The position numbers and the translations under genes were made by a program. Under the pieces are notes generated by a model. The model was not told where the DNA came from, made no database searches, and worked only from the letters and a program-made list of their open reading frames with translations. From an uncultured Acidobacteriota bacterium (GTDB lineage: Bacteria; Acidobacteriota; Thermoanaerobaculia; UBA5066; DATFVB01): a stretch of 64,000 bases of DNA. Shown here piece after piece: positions 20,336 through 28,397 of the stretch (position 1 is its first letter; every line of letters starts with the position of its first letter). The stretch lies in contig CAWEYG010000005.1 in assembly GCA_963813155.1 (NCBI GenBank), forward strand, positions 160,001 through 224,000, read 5' to 3'.

Positions 20336-22444
20336 TCAGAACTTCGCGACTTTGTCGATCGCGGCCTCGATGTCCTCGATCTGGGGAAGGATGAACTTCT
20401 CGAGCGGTGGAGCGTAGCCGACAAAAGTATCCGTCGCCGAGACGCGCTCGACCGGCGCGTCGAGCCACGCGAACAGTTCGTTGCCGATTCGCGCCGCGAT
20501 CTCCGAGGCGTATCCCCAGGAAATCGGGTCTTCGGAGCAGACGACGACCCGGTTCGTCTTCTTCACCGATTCGGAAATGGCCTCCCAGTCGTACGGCGAG
20601 AGCGACCGCAGGTCGAGGATCTCGGTCGAAACGTTCGATTTTTCGGCGATCCTCGCGGCCGCGACGATCGACCGCTGCACCTGAGCGCCGTAGCAGATCA
20701 GCGTCACGCCGGTTCCCGCCTGCACGAGCCGCGCTTTCCCGAACGGGATGCTGTAGTCCGGGCCCGGGTAGAGCCCCTTGTTGTAGGTCTGGCGGTAGAG
20801 GTGCTTGTGCTCGAGAAACATCACCGGGTCGTCGCAGCGGATGGCCGTGCGCAGGAGGCCGTTGGCGTCCTGCGCGTTGGAGGGAAGGACGACGCGCAGG
20901 CCCGGGATGTGCGTGAACATGGTGGGATCGCACTGCGAGTGGTAGAGAGCGCCCGCGATGTAGCCGCCGACGGGAACGCGCACGACGAGGGGGGCGGAGA
21001 ACGTCCCCCCGGAACGCCACCGCATCGTGGCGAGCTCGTTTCGCAGCTGCATGTACGCCGGCCAGATGTAGTCGAAGAACTGGATCTCGACGACCGGCTT
21101 CAATCCGCGCACCGCCATCCCGACCGCGCGGCCGATGATGTTCGCTTCCGCGAGCGGCGAGTTGAAAACGCGGTTGTGGCCGTAGAGCCGCTGCAGGTTG
21201 TGCGTGACCTTGAAGACGCCCCCTTTTCCCTTGACCTCCCCGAGCACGGCCTCGCGGGAGGCGTCCGCGACGTCTTCGCCGAACATCACGATGCGGGGGT
21301 CCCGCGCCATCTCGTCGCGCATGCAGGCGTTGAGCAGGTCGACCATCGTCTGCGGGCCGCCCTCCTCCTTCTTCGGCGTGTCGAACGAGGGAGACGTCGG
21401 GTCGATCGTCTCGGAATAGACCCAGCGAAGCGCGCTCTCCGGTTCGGGCAGGGGGGCCGCCACGGCGCGATCGGCGTCCTCGTCGATCTGCTTTTCGATT
21501 TCCTTGTGGATCGCCGCCAGGTCCGCCTCGGTCGCGATCCCTTCGGCGACGAGGAACTTCGGAAAGGTCGTCAGCGGGTCGCGAGCGAGGTCCTTCTCGC
21601 GCTCGAGCGCGGGGCGGTAGCTCTTTTCGTCGTCGGAGCCGGAGTGCGAGTAGGGGCGGATGACGTGGGCATGGACGAGCGCGGGTCCCTTGCGCTGGCG
21701 GCAGTATTCCGCCGCGAACCGGAGCGCGTCGTACGATTCGAGAAAATCACACCCGTCCACTTCCGTGATGAACAGGTTGGGAAAACCGCGGACGAGCTTC
21801 GAGATCGAGCCGCCCGCCGTCGTGACCTCGACGGGAACCGAAATCGCATAGCCGTTGTCCTCGATGAGGTACAGGACCGGGAGCCTCAGGTTGCAGGCGG
21901 TGTTGAGGGACTCCCAGAATTCGCCTTCGGCGATCTGCCCATCCCCTCCGGAGACGTACACGATCTCGTCTTTGTGGAACTCCCCGTGCGTTTCGACCGT
22001 CGGGAGCTTGGCCATCCGCATGCCCGCTTCCGCGAGGCCCACGGCGTTGAGGAACTGCATTCCGGTGCAGGAGGATTTCGACACGAGATTGAGTTTCTTG
22101 TGTCCCCAGTGGGCCGGCATCTGGCGGCCCCCGGACGCGGGATCATCCTTGGAGCCCGTCCCCTGGAGGAACATCTCGTAGGGAGTCATTCCGAGCGCGA
22201 GGCACAGCGCGCGGTCGCGGTAATACGCGATGAACCAGTCATGGGCGGGGCGCAGGACCATGGCGGCCGCCGTCAGAACCGCTTCGTGCCCGACGCCGTT
22301 GATCTGAAAGTACGTCTTGTTCTGGCGCTTGAGCTGAATTTCCTTGTCGTCGACCTTCCGCGAGAGGTACATGTTCCGGTACGCGGACAGAAGGGCGGAG
22401 GCCTCCAGGCCGTGGTATTTTTCCACCTGCGTTTCAGACGCCAT
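20336..22444 (-). CDS. 2-oxoacid (probably branched-chain) dehydrogenase E1, fused alpha/beta subunits
   Basis: GHEA, YYRD, TPP-binding [20 protein letters not shown]; beta part GEDV, PLAE, EIQFFDY, EHK. Confidence 0.92.
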   Translation of the reverse strand: MASETQVEKYHGLEASALLSAYRNMYLSRKVDDKEIQLKRQNKTYFQINGVGHEAVLTAAAMVLRPAHDWFIAYYRDRALCLALGMTPYEMFLQGTGSKDDPASGGRQMPAHWGHKKLNLVSKSSCTGMQFLNAVGLAEAGMRMAKLPTVETHGEFHKDEIVYVSGGDGQIAEGEFWESLNTACNLRLPVLYLIEDNGYAISVPVEVTTAGGSISKLVRGFPNLFITEVDGCDFLESYDALRFAAEYCRQRKGPALVHAHVIRPYSHSGSDDEKSYRPALEREKDLARDPLTTFPKFLVAEGIATEADLAAIHKEIEKQIDEDADRAVAAPLPEPESALRWVYSETIDPTSPSFDTPKKEEGGPQTMVDLLNACMRDEMARDPRIVMFGEDVADASREAVLGEVKGKGGVFKVTHNLQRLYGHNRVFNSPLAEANIIGRAVGMAVRGLKPVVEIQFFDYIWPAYMQLRNELATMRWRSGGTFSAPLVVRVPVGGYIAGALYHSQCDPTMFTHIPGLRVVLPSNAQDANGLLRTAIRCDDPVMFLEHKHLYRQTYNKGLYPGPDYSIPFGKARLVQAGTGVTLICYGAQVQRSIVAAARIAEKSNVSTEILDLRSLSPYDWEAISESVKKTNRVVVCSEDPISWGYASEIAARIGNELFAWLDAPVERVSATDTFVGYAPPLEKFILPQIEDIEAAIDKVAKF

Positions 22445-22498
22445 CAGGAGCCCTCCGTTGGCGCATTCTAACAAAAGGTGAGGGCTCTCGACCCGCTT

Positions 22499-23563
22499 CT
22501 ACTTCCCTTCCGCACCCTCCGCGTTGATGGAGTCCTGCACCTCGGTCTTCTCGGAGAAGTCGTGCGCCGCGGCCATCGCCTTGTCGAACTCCTCCTTCGC
22601 CCGGGCGTGATCCCCTTTCGCGACGTACGCGTCGCCCAGCCCAGCGTGGACGCGCCAGAGCTCTTTGCTCTCGGGGTGCTTCGCCGCGAAGTCCGACAGG
22701 TACGCGACGGCCTCGTCGTATTTCTTTGCCGCCATCAGGGGCGCGACCGTGACGTTGATCGTCTCGGCCTCATTCGCGACGAGCGCGGCGCGCTTCCGGA
22801 GCTCCGCCGCGCCTTTCGCGTCGCCGTTCTTCTCGAGCACGGCGGCCTTCGTCCGCAGCGCCGTAAACGACGAGCCGATCGCGAGCCCGTGATCCGCGTA
22901 CTCCAGCGCCGTCTTCGCGTCGCCGGCGCGAAGCTCCCAGCGCGCGGCAGCCGCCCACGCGTCGGAGCTCCAGTGCTTGCCCCCGCGCAATTCCTCGCGG
23001 ATCGACGCGCGGATCGTCGCGGGCAGGTCCACGTCGATCCGGAACGGAACGCGCAGCTTCTCCCATCGCAGGGAAGCGACGGCGGAGGCGTCCGCCAGGT
23101 CGTCGAACGTGTAGAGGAGGCGCTCCTCCGCTTCGGCGAGCGGGCGGGGAGAAACGGGCACGCGGAGGGCGTCCTCCGACGGCTCGTAGTTGTAGGTTCC
23201 CCAGTCTCCCGTGAACCTGCTGAGAACGAGAGTCCACTGGGAAGGGCCGGGAATCATGTAGAGCGCGTAGGTCCCCGCCGCGACCGGTTTTCCCTCCACC
23301 TGGACGGGAGTCGAAAAGGAAATCGTCGTGTTCTCGTTCGCGCCCGCCCGCCAGAGGACCCCGTACGGCACGAGGCCGTCCCAGATCTTCCGCTTGCTCA
23401 CGGCCGGGCGGTGATAGCGGATCTCGACGTCGGTGACGCCAATCGTCTCTCCCGCGGAGGCGGTCGGGCTCGGCCGCGGAAGCCGAATGGCGGATTGCGC
23501 GAACGCGACAGCAGGCGCGAACGCCCCGACAAACAGGGCCAGACGGGTGAATTTCGATCGCAT
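22499..23563 (-). CDS. DUF2911 domain protein with C-terminal TPR-like repeats
   Basis: Signal peptide; PRPSP, YHRP..KRKIWDGLVPYG..WRAGANENT; helical TPR-like tail. Confidence 0.85.
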   Translation of the reverse strand: MRSKFTRLALFVGAFAPAVAFAQSAIRLPRPSPTASAGETIGVTDVEIRYHRPAVSKRKIWDGLVPYGVLWRAGANENTTISFSTPVQVEGKPVAAGTYALYMIPGPSQWTLVLSRFTGDWGTYNYEPSEDALRVPVSPRPLAEAEERLLYTFDDLADASAVASLRWEKLRVPFRIDVDLPATIRASIREELRGGKHWSSDAWAAAARWELRAGDAKTALEYADHGLAIGSSFTALRTKAAVLEKNGDAKGAAELRKRAALVANEAETINVTVAPLMAAKKYDEAVAYLSDFAAKHPESKELWRVHAGLGDAYVAKGDHARAKEEFDKAMAAAHDFSEKTEVQDSINAEGAEGK

Positions 23564-23686
23564 GAGACAAACCTCCCCGCGGTTCGGTACGAACCGGTTT
23601 GGGCATTGTTTCACGCCAGGTCGGGCGCGGGCGGTGTTTCAGGATCGTGAAACGGGCGTGCGAGGCCTTACGGACAAAAGCCTTCC

Positions 23687-24538
23687 CTAGGGGTTGAACC
23701 CGGAGTACGTACTGACCGCCCCGGAGCTGTTCACGCAGTACAGCTGACCCCACAGAGCCGCGCCCCCTGCATCCTGGGTGACGTCCAGGACACCGTCTGA
23801 TAGTGACACGCCGCCGAGCTGGCCGCCGATATCGGGGACAAAGAGATTCGCACACCCTTCGGAGAGAAATGGTGCGCTCTCAGTGAAAAGGCAATCACCG
23901 CTCAAGGTGGAGACCGTCGTCGAGCCGAGTACTTGACCCGCTGGATTTCGGAGCTTCACCGTGGCCGTGAGGTTGGTTACGCTGAAGTTGGAATTGATGC
24001 TCGTTAGGACGAGGTTGCAATGCTCACCTTCATTTTTTGATATTCCCGGGAACGTGAGTTGCGTTGGCCGGGAACGCGAGAGAATCGCCGGCACGCTCAG
24101 TGCCGGGAATTCAGTTTGTGCGTTCGACGCGCGATTGACCGCGTGCACATGGACGACCGGCAGCAGCGCGGGCGATCCGGCGCATGACGCACAGGACGCG
24201 ATGAAGAGAGTAAAGACGTGGTCCTGGGCGAGCGCGGCGATCTGAGCGATGTTGTCCGGATTGATAACGCCGTTCGGGATGCTGAGCGTTTGGCTGCCAT
24301 GTGGAGGAAGTGTCACACTCGTCGTGTTGCAGCCAAAATCGCAGCCACCGATAGCGTTGAAGGCGAATTCCGAGATCACCACAACCATCGGCTCGTCGAA
24401 GGGGTTCGCAAGTTCCACCTGGCTGTCCCACAGCCCGAGTGATCCAACGCCTGCGGCAACGAGCGCGTTTTGGGCGCGTGCCGACGTCGCCACCAGAAAC
24501 CCGATGGACAGTAAGGCCAGCAAACTGTTCTTCCTCAT
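23687..24538 (-). CDS. Secreted Cys-rich hypothetical protein
   Basis: Signal peptide MRKNSLLALL..ARAQ; GGAGG SD; several paired cysteines. Confidence 0.7.
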   Translation of the reverse strand: MRKNSLLALLSIGFLVATSARAQNALVAAGVGSLGLWDSQVELANPFDEPMVVVISEFAFNAIGGCDFGCNTTSVTLPPHGSQTLSIPNGVINPDNIAQIAALAQDHVFTLFIASCASCAGSPALLPVVHVHAVNRASNAQTEFPALSVPAILSRSRPTQLTFPGISKNEGEHCNLVLTSINSNFSVTNLTATVKLRNPAGQVLGSTTVSTLSGDCLFTESAPFLSEGCANLFVPDIGGQLGGVSLSDGVLDVTQDAGGAALWGQLYCVNSSGAVSTYSGFNP

Positions 24539-24573
24539 CGACGCCTCCCTCACGGACCCCAACGATCTTAGAC

Positions 24574-26556
24574 TTATGGCAGCCTTCCCGAGACCGGAAC
24601 TGCGTTCGGAGGCTTGACAGGGGAGATGGGGCGATCGACGTGGATGTCCGAGAGCGCCAACCGCTGGACTCCGTTGCCAAGGAAAAAAGCATAGAGCGAG
24701 TCCCCGGTGGCCTGCAGCCCGAGCGGGTAATCGCTCAGGATCCCGCCCAGAAGCGCCTGCCAGTTGCCGCCAGAGAGCGGCTTCGCGAACACGCTGCTGC
24801 CGAGGCCGGGCCCGAGTCCGAAGAGGAAATGATCACTCGACGCCTCCACCGCTCCAACCTCGGCCGCCGCAGATGCCGTCGGGCGCCAGGTCTGTCCGAG
24901 GTCATCGGTCTGAAGCAGGCCTCCGCCAGTCGCGACATAGAGCATTCCACCCACGCCATAGACCTTCCAGGCGCCGCTGTCCGGCTGGAGAACCGCTGAC
25001 CACGAGGCGCCGCCGTCGGTCGATCGGAAGACCGAGTAGTTGTCGGCGACGAAAAGCGCGTTGGCGACGACTGCGATCGCACACGTGGAGCTGGCCGGGA
25101 CCGCGACGGTCACCCAGTCGGCGGGACCGGACTTTCGATAGAGGCGCGGGCTTCCGCCGAAGGTGCCTGCATAAACGACCCCGTCCCCGGAATAGAGAGC
25201 GCAGATCTCGGGATAGGGTCGCTCGATTCCGGAACTGAAGGCGGCCCAGGTGGCGCCCTGGTCGGTGCTTCGAAAGATCCCGTCCGTCTGAGTTCCCAGG
25301 AGGAGCGACCCATCCGGATGATGCAACAGGGAAGCAGGCGAGTCGCCCGGTGTTGGGAAACCTGCCCAGGTCGAGCCGCGATCGTGGCTCGCGAAAAAAT
25401 TTCTTCCGAGATATCCGTAGACCGAGTCTCCTTCGGCAACCGCCGGGCTGAGAGTCCCGATCGGTCCTGAGTTGCTGGGTTCCCAATTCAAGCCGCCGTC
25501 CTCCGTCGCGAAGACCCCCGCGTAGATGCTGCCTGCCAGAAATCGGTCTCCGACCGAGAGAAAGGCGTTGGGAGCGTCAAGACGCAGGCCAGAGGGAGTC
25601 GCCGGAGGAGCCGGCGACCAGTTCGCCCCGCCGTTCACGGTGGAATACAGCCGCGTACAGGGAGGATCCGGGCAAGGTCCTCCGTAACCGGTCACCTCGA
25701 AGAAGGTATTTCCTGAGCCGTAGACAACTTGAGCCTCCCGGTCTGGAACCGTGGGAATAGGGGACCATGAATGACCTCGATCGAGGCTCCGGTAGAAACC
25801 GCCGGGCGTGCGCGCATACAGGGCATCCGTCCAGAGGAGCGAAAAAACGTACTGGCCCGTCAGGCCCGCGGGCTGGAAAGTTACGCCGCCGTCGTCGGAG
25901 CGCACCACTCCATTGTCGGTTCCTGCGAAGAGGGCTCCGTTGGCCCAGAGCAGGGAGTAGGGGATCCCCAGATCGGCTGGTTGTCGTGCCCATGTCGCTC
26001 CCCGGTCGGTCGACCGGTAGACGCCGCTCGTGTCTCCGCAAGGACCCGTCGGGCAGCCCGGTGGCGGAGTCGCCACCCAAATCGTCGTCGGCGAAGCGGC
26101 GACTGCGTTGATCTCGGAACTCGGGCCCTGAGACTTCGTCCACGTCGAGGAGCCGTCGAAGCTCGCGTAGAGAGTTCCAAAGACATCGGCGAAGACGACG
26201 GTGTCGCCCGAGGCAGCGAGGAGCGGCCCGGCGTAGTTCTCGGAGGGAATCTGGCCTCGCGACACTGGTGTCCATGTCCGTGCTCCATCGGTGCTTTTGA
26301 AGACGCCGGCCTCCAACAGATAGACGTAAACGGCGTTCCCCGAAGCTGCAAAGGCCATAGCGTCCCCGCCGGGTGGACTCAGAGGCGGGCCCCAGGTTTG
26401 GCCAGACGTGGCGACCGTCACGAGCAGGAAGACCGCGAGGAGACAGCAGCGAGTCGTCCTCGATGGCACCGCCGGAAATGCTGAACGGGGAGCAGCCTTC
26501 TGGGAATTGCCGAGGAGAGCAGGGATCAAACGGTCTCGTGATCGATACGGGCTCAC
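24574..26556 (-). CDS. Secreted BNR/VPS10-type beta-propeller repeat protein
   Basis: More than ten Asp-box repeats (S/TxDxGxxW). Hydrophobic signal-like segment lies ~35 aa in, so the true start is uncertain. Confidence 0.8.
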   Translation of the reverse strand: MSPYRSRDRLIPALLGNSQKAAPRSAFPAVPSRTTRCCLLAVFLLVTVATSGQTWGPPLSPPGGDAMAFAASGNAVYVYLLEAGVFKSTDGARTWTPVSRGQIPSENYAGPLLAASGDTVVFADVFGTLYASFDGSSTWTKSQGPSSEINAVAASPTTIWVATPPPGCPTGPCGDTSGVYRSTDRGATWARQPADLGIPYSLLWANGALFAGTDNGVVRSDDGGVTFQPAGLTGQYVFSLLWTDALYARTPGGFYRSLDRGHSWSPIPTVPDREAQVVYGSGNTFFEVTGYGGPCPDPPCTRLYSTVNGGANWSPAPPATPSGLRLDAPNAFLSVGDRFLAGSIYAGVFATEDGGLNWEPSNSGPIGTLSPAVAEGDSVYGYLGRNFFASHDRGSTWAGFPTPGDSPASLLHHPDGSLLLGTQTDGIFRSTDQGATWAAFSSGIERPYPEICALYSGDGVVYAGTFGGSPRLYRKSGPADWVTVAVPASSTCAIAVVANALFVADNYSVFRSTDGGASWSAVLQPDSGAWKVYGVGGMLYVATGGGLLQTDDLGQTWRPTASAAAEVGAVEASSDHFLFGLGPGLGSSVFAKPLSGGNWQALLGGILSDYPLGLQATGDSLYAFFLGNGVQRLALSDIHVDRPISPVKPPNAVPVSGRLP

Positions 26557-26605
26557 GATGCGTCGATCATACCCTTCCCCGCCTTATCGCCCCGCCCATC
26601 GCGAG

Positions 26606-26711
26606 TTGGGAGCAGGAGGTCCCCGGTTCGCATTCAGGAAGACCCCCAGAGAAAGTTCCCGCCCTGAATTGCAAGCCTCGACGCAGGCGAGGTGAAGCGC
26701 AATCCGGGCGC
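26606..26711 (+). repeat. tRNA-Pro 3'-half copy 1, split in the T-loop by a 71-nt insert
   Basis: TTGGGAGCAGGAGGTCCCCGGTTC matches the tRNA, then insert 26630-26700, then AATCCGGGCGC matches the tRNA again. Confidence 0.9.
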
Positions 26712-26729
26712 ATGCCATAATCGCGATCA

Positions 26730-26806
26730 CGGGGCGTAGCGCAGTCCGGTAGCGCTCCTGCTTTGGGAGCAGGAGGTCCCCGGTTCAAATCCGGGCGCCC
26801 CGACCA
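26730..26806 (+). tRNA. tRNA-Pro (TGG)
   Basis: 77-nt cloverleaf CGGGGCG...CGCCCCG-ACCA; anticodon arm CCTGC-TTTGGGA-GCAGG; T-arm GGTTCAAATCC; TGcCATAAT extended -10 just upstream. Confidence 0.97.
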
Positions 26807-26941
26807 ACCTTTTCTTTCGTTTAGCCTCGCGTAGCGCGAGGACCATTTCTGACGAGTTCAAAAATGAGTTCAGAGCGTCTCGATTTCAAATCGCTTTCGG
26901 GAGCACAGCGTTCTTAGCGAAGACGGAGACGTGCCGCTGAG

Positions 26942-28063
26942 TTACCGCTCCCGGGCACGCATTATCGATACGACACGAGCTGGCACGACGGGAGAGATGC
27001 ACCTACGTGACGGAGGGCAGCCCAGATCGATTACGAAAACACCGGCGTTCGTCGCGGCGAGCAGACGCCTATCGGCGGCATCAATAGTCAGTTGAACGTA
27101 TTTAAGATCCACGGGCATGCCGCCCTCGAAGAGAGACCACGTCTTCGCGCCGTCCTCGCTGCGAAGGATATGCATAACGTCCGTGGCTGGATCAAAGCTC
27201 ACCGCGTACATGACGCCCGTGCGAGCAGGATCAGCGAGCAGAGAGATCATCCGTAGGGTGCCGAACCCATTGCTCAAGGGAACCCGGTTTGCGGATGTCG
27301 TGTCGGTCCGCCACACGGCGTCGGGCGTTACGGCGTAGAGACCGGTGGAATCCCAATCGCTCTCGCACAGCGAAGAGATCCCATGAAGCGGGCCGGTCGA
27401 TGAATTGTTGAAGAGATGCCACGTCGTTCCCCCATCGATGCTTCGGGACATGTCGGTTCCTCCCGCATAGACAATTGCGGGATCACTTCGATCAACAAGA
27501 ATGGCCTGCAGATAGAAGTCCGTTAAGGGAAGTTCCTTCCACGAACTCATACCTAGCGTGAACTTAAAAGTCCCATCGCAAGGCGGAGGAGTAAGGTGGA
27601 AAGATGCCACCGCCGTTCCGATGTAAATATGGCCGGGAGGCGTCGAGTCGAGCGCAAAAGCATTATTGGGGAAGCATGGAAGGGTCCCGCTGATATCAGT
27701 CCACTGGAATCCGCCATCGGTGCTCAGAAACACGGCGTCGCCGCTGACGGCGACGACAAGCGAAGGGTTGACGGAGCTTACGGTTAGGGAAAAGACCCCT
27801 TCGAAGAACTCGATGCCGTTATCAGACTCCAACCAGGTTAACCCCGAATCGGAGCTTTTGTAGATATGTTCCGACGAGGTATTCCGTACCGAAGCGTAGA
27901 GAACTGTCGGGTTGGAAGGATCGAGGGCAATCGCATCAACGTAGCTACCTTCGAATGCTAGGCTCCTCCACTGGTTGGCGGCGGAAAATGCCACGCGACC
28001 ATCTCCCAAGAATCCGAGTAAGCCGAGAGAAAGCGCGACCACACCTCTCTTCAGCTTCATCAT
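26942..28063 (-). CDS. Secreted BNR/VPS10-type beta-propeller protein
   Basis: Signal peptide (MMKLKRGVVALSL..), Asp-box repeats (SSDSGLTW, STDGGFQW, SIDGGTTW, SEDGAKTW); codon usage atypical for the window. Confidence 0.8.
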   Translation of the reverse strand: MMKLKRGVVALSLGLLGFLGDGRVAFSAANQWRSLAFEGSYVDAIALDPSNPTVLYASVRNTSSEHIYKSSDSGLTWLESDNGIEFFEGVFSLTVSSVNPSLVVAVSGDAVFLSTDGGFQWTDISGTLPCFPNNAFALDSTPPGHIYIGTAVASFHLTPPPCDGTFKFTLGMSSWKELPLTDFYLQAILVDRSDPAIVYAGGTDMSRSIDGGTTWHLFNNSSTGPLHGISSLCESDWDSTGLYAVTPDAVWRTDTTSANRVPLSNGFGTLRMISLLADPARTGVMYAVSFDPATDVMHILRSEDGAKTWSLFEGGMPVDLKYVQLTIDAADRRLLAATNAGVFVIDLGCPPSRRCISPVVPARVVSIMRARER

Positions 28064-28171
28064 CAGACCTTCTGTACGGACCAGAAGGCGCGGCTGTTTG
28101 CCTTGCTGGATTCCCATGCTGGAATTGCTGAAGATAGAAGAGTTCAAAATCGAGTCCTAGGTGGGGGAATG

Positions 28172-28321
28172 TGCTTTGGGAGCAGGAGGTCCCCGGTTCG
28201 CATTCAGGAAGACCCCCAGAGAAATCCCGCCCTGAATTGCAAGCCTCGCCGCAGGCGAGGTGAAGCGCAATCCGGGCGCCCCGACCAACCTTACTTACCG
28301 CTTTAGCCTCGTGCGCGAGGA
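28172..28321 (+). repeat. tRNA-Pro 3'-half copy 2, split in the T-loop by a 69-nt insert, with CCA end and downstream flank
   Basis: TGCTTTGGGAGCAGGAGGTCCCCGGTTC, insert 28200-28268, AATCCGGGCGCCCCGACCA (to 28287). The next ~35 nt resemble the tRNA trailer (ACCTT...TTTAGCCTCG..GCGCGAGGA). Confidence 0.9.
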
Positions 28322-28397
28322 ACACTTGCGGCTGTTCCTGTGTTTGAGTTGACGACATGAGATGGCTGCCCCTCAAGCTCCGTACAAACATCAGCGC

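Noticed and set aside
20336-22444. Fused E1 alpha/beta dehydrogenase as unusual
   Set aside because: Fused E1 proteins are common in several phyla.
26606-28287. Split tRNA copies as functional intron-containing tRNA genes or as a CRISPR array
   Set aside because: Both copies lack the 5' acceptor and D arm, so they cannot form a full tRNA in cis. There are only two copies, the inserts are near-identical rather than unique spacers, and no cas genes are present.
26373-28391. Short ORFs crossing the tRNA and repeats (26373-26720, 26567-26788, 27945-28391, 28103-28306)
   Set aside because: Their shared peptide text is just translation of the DNA repeat; no independent coding evidence.
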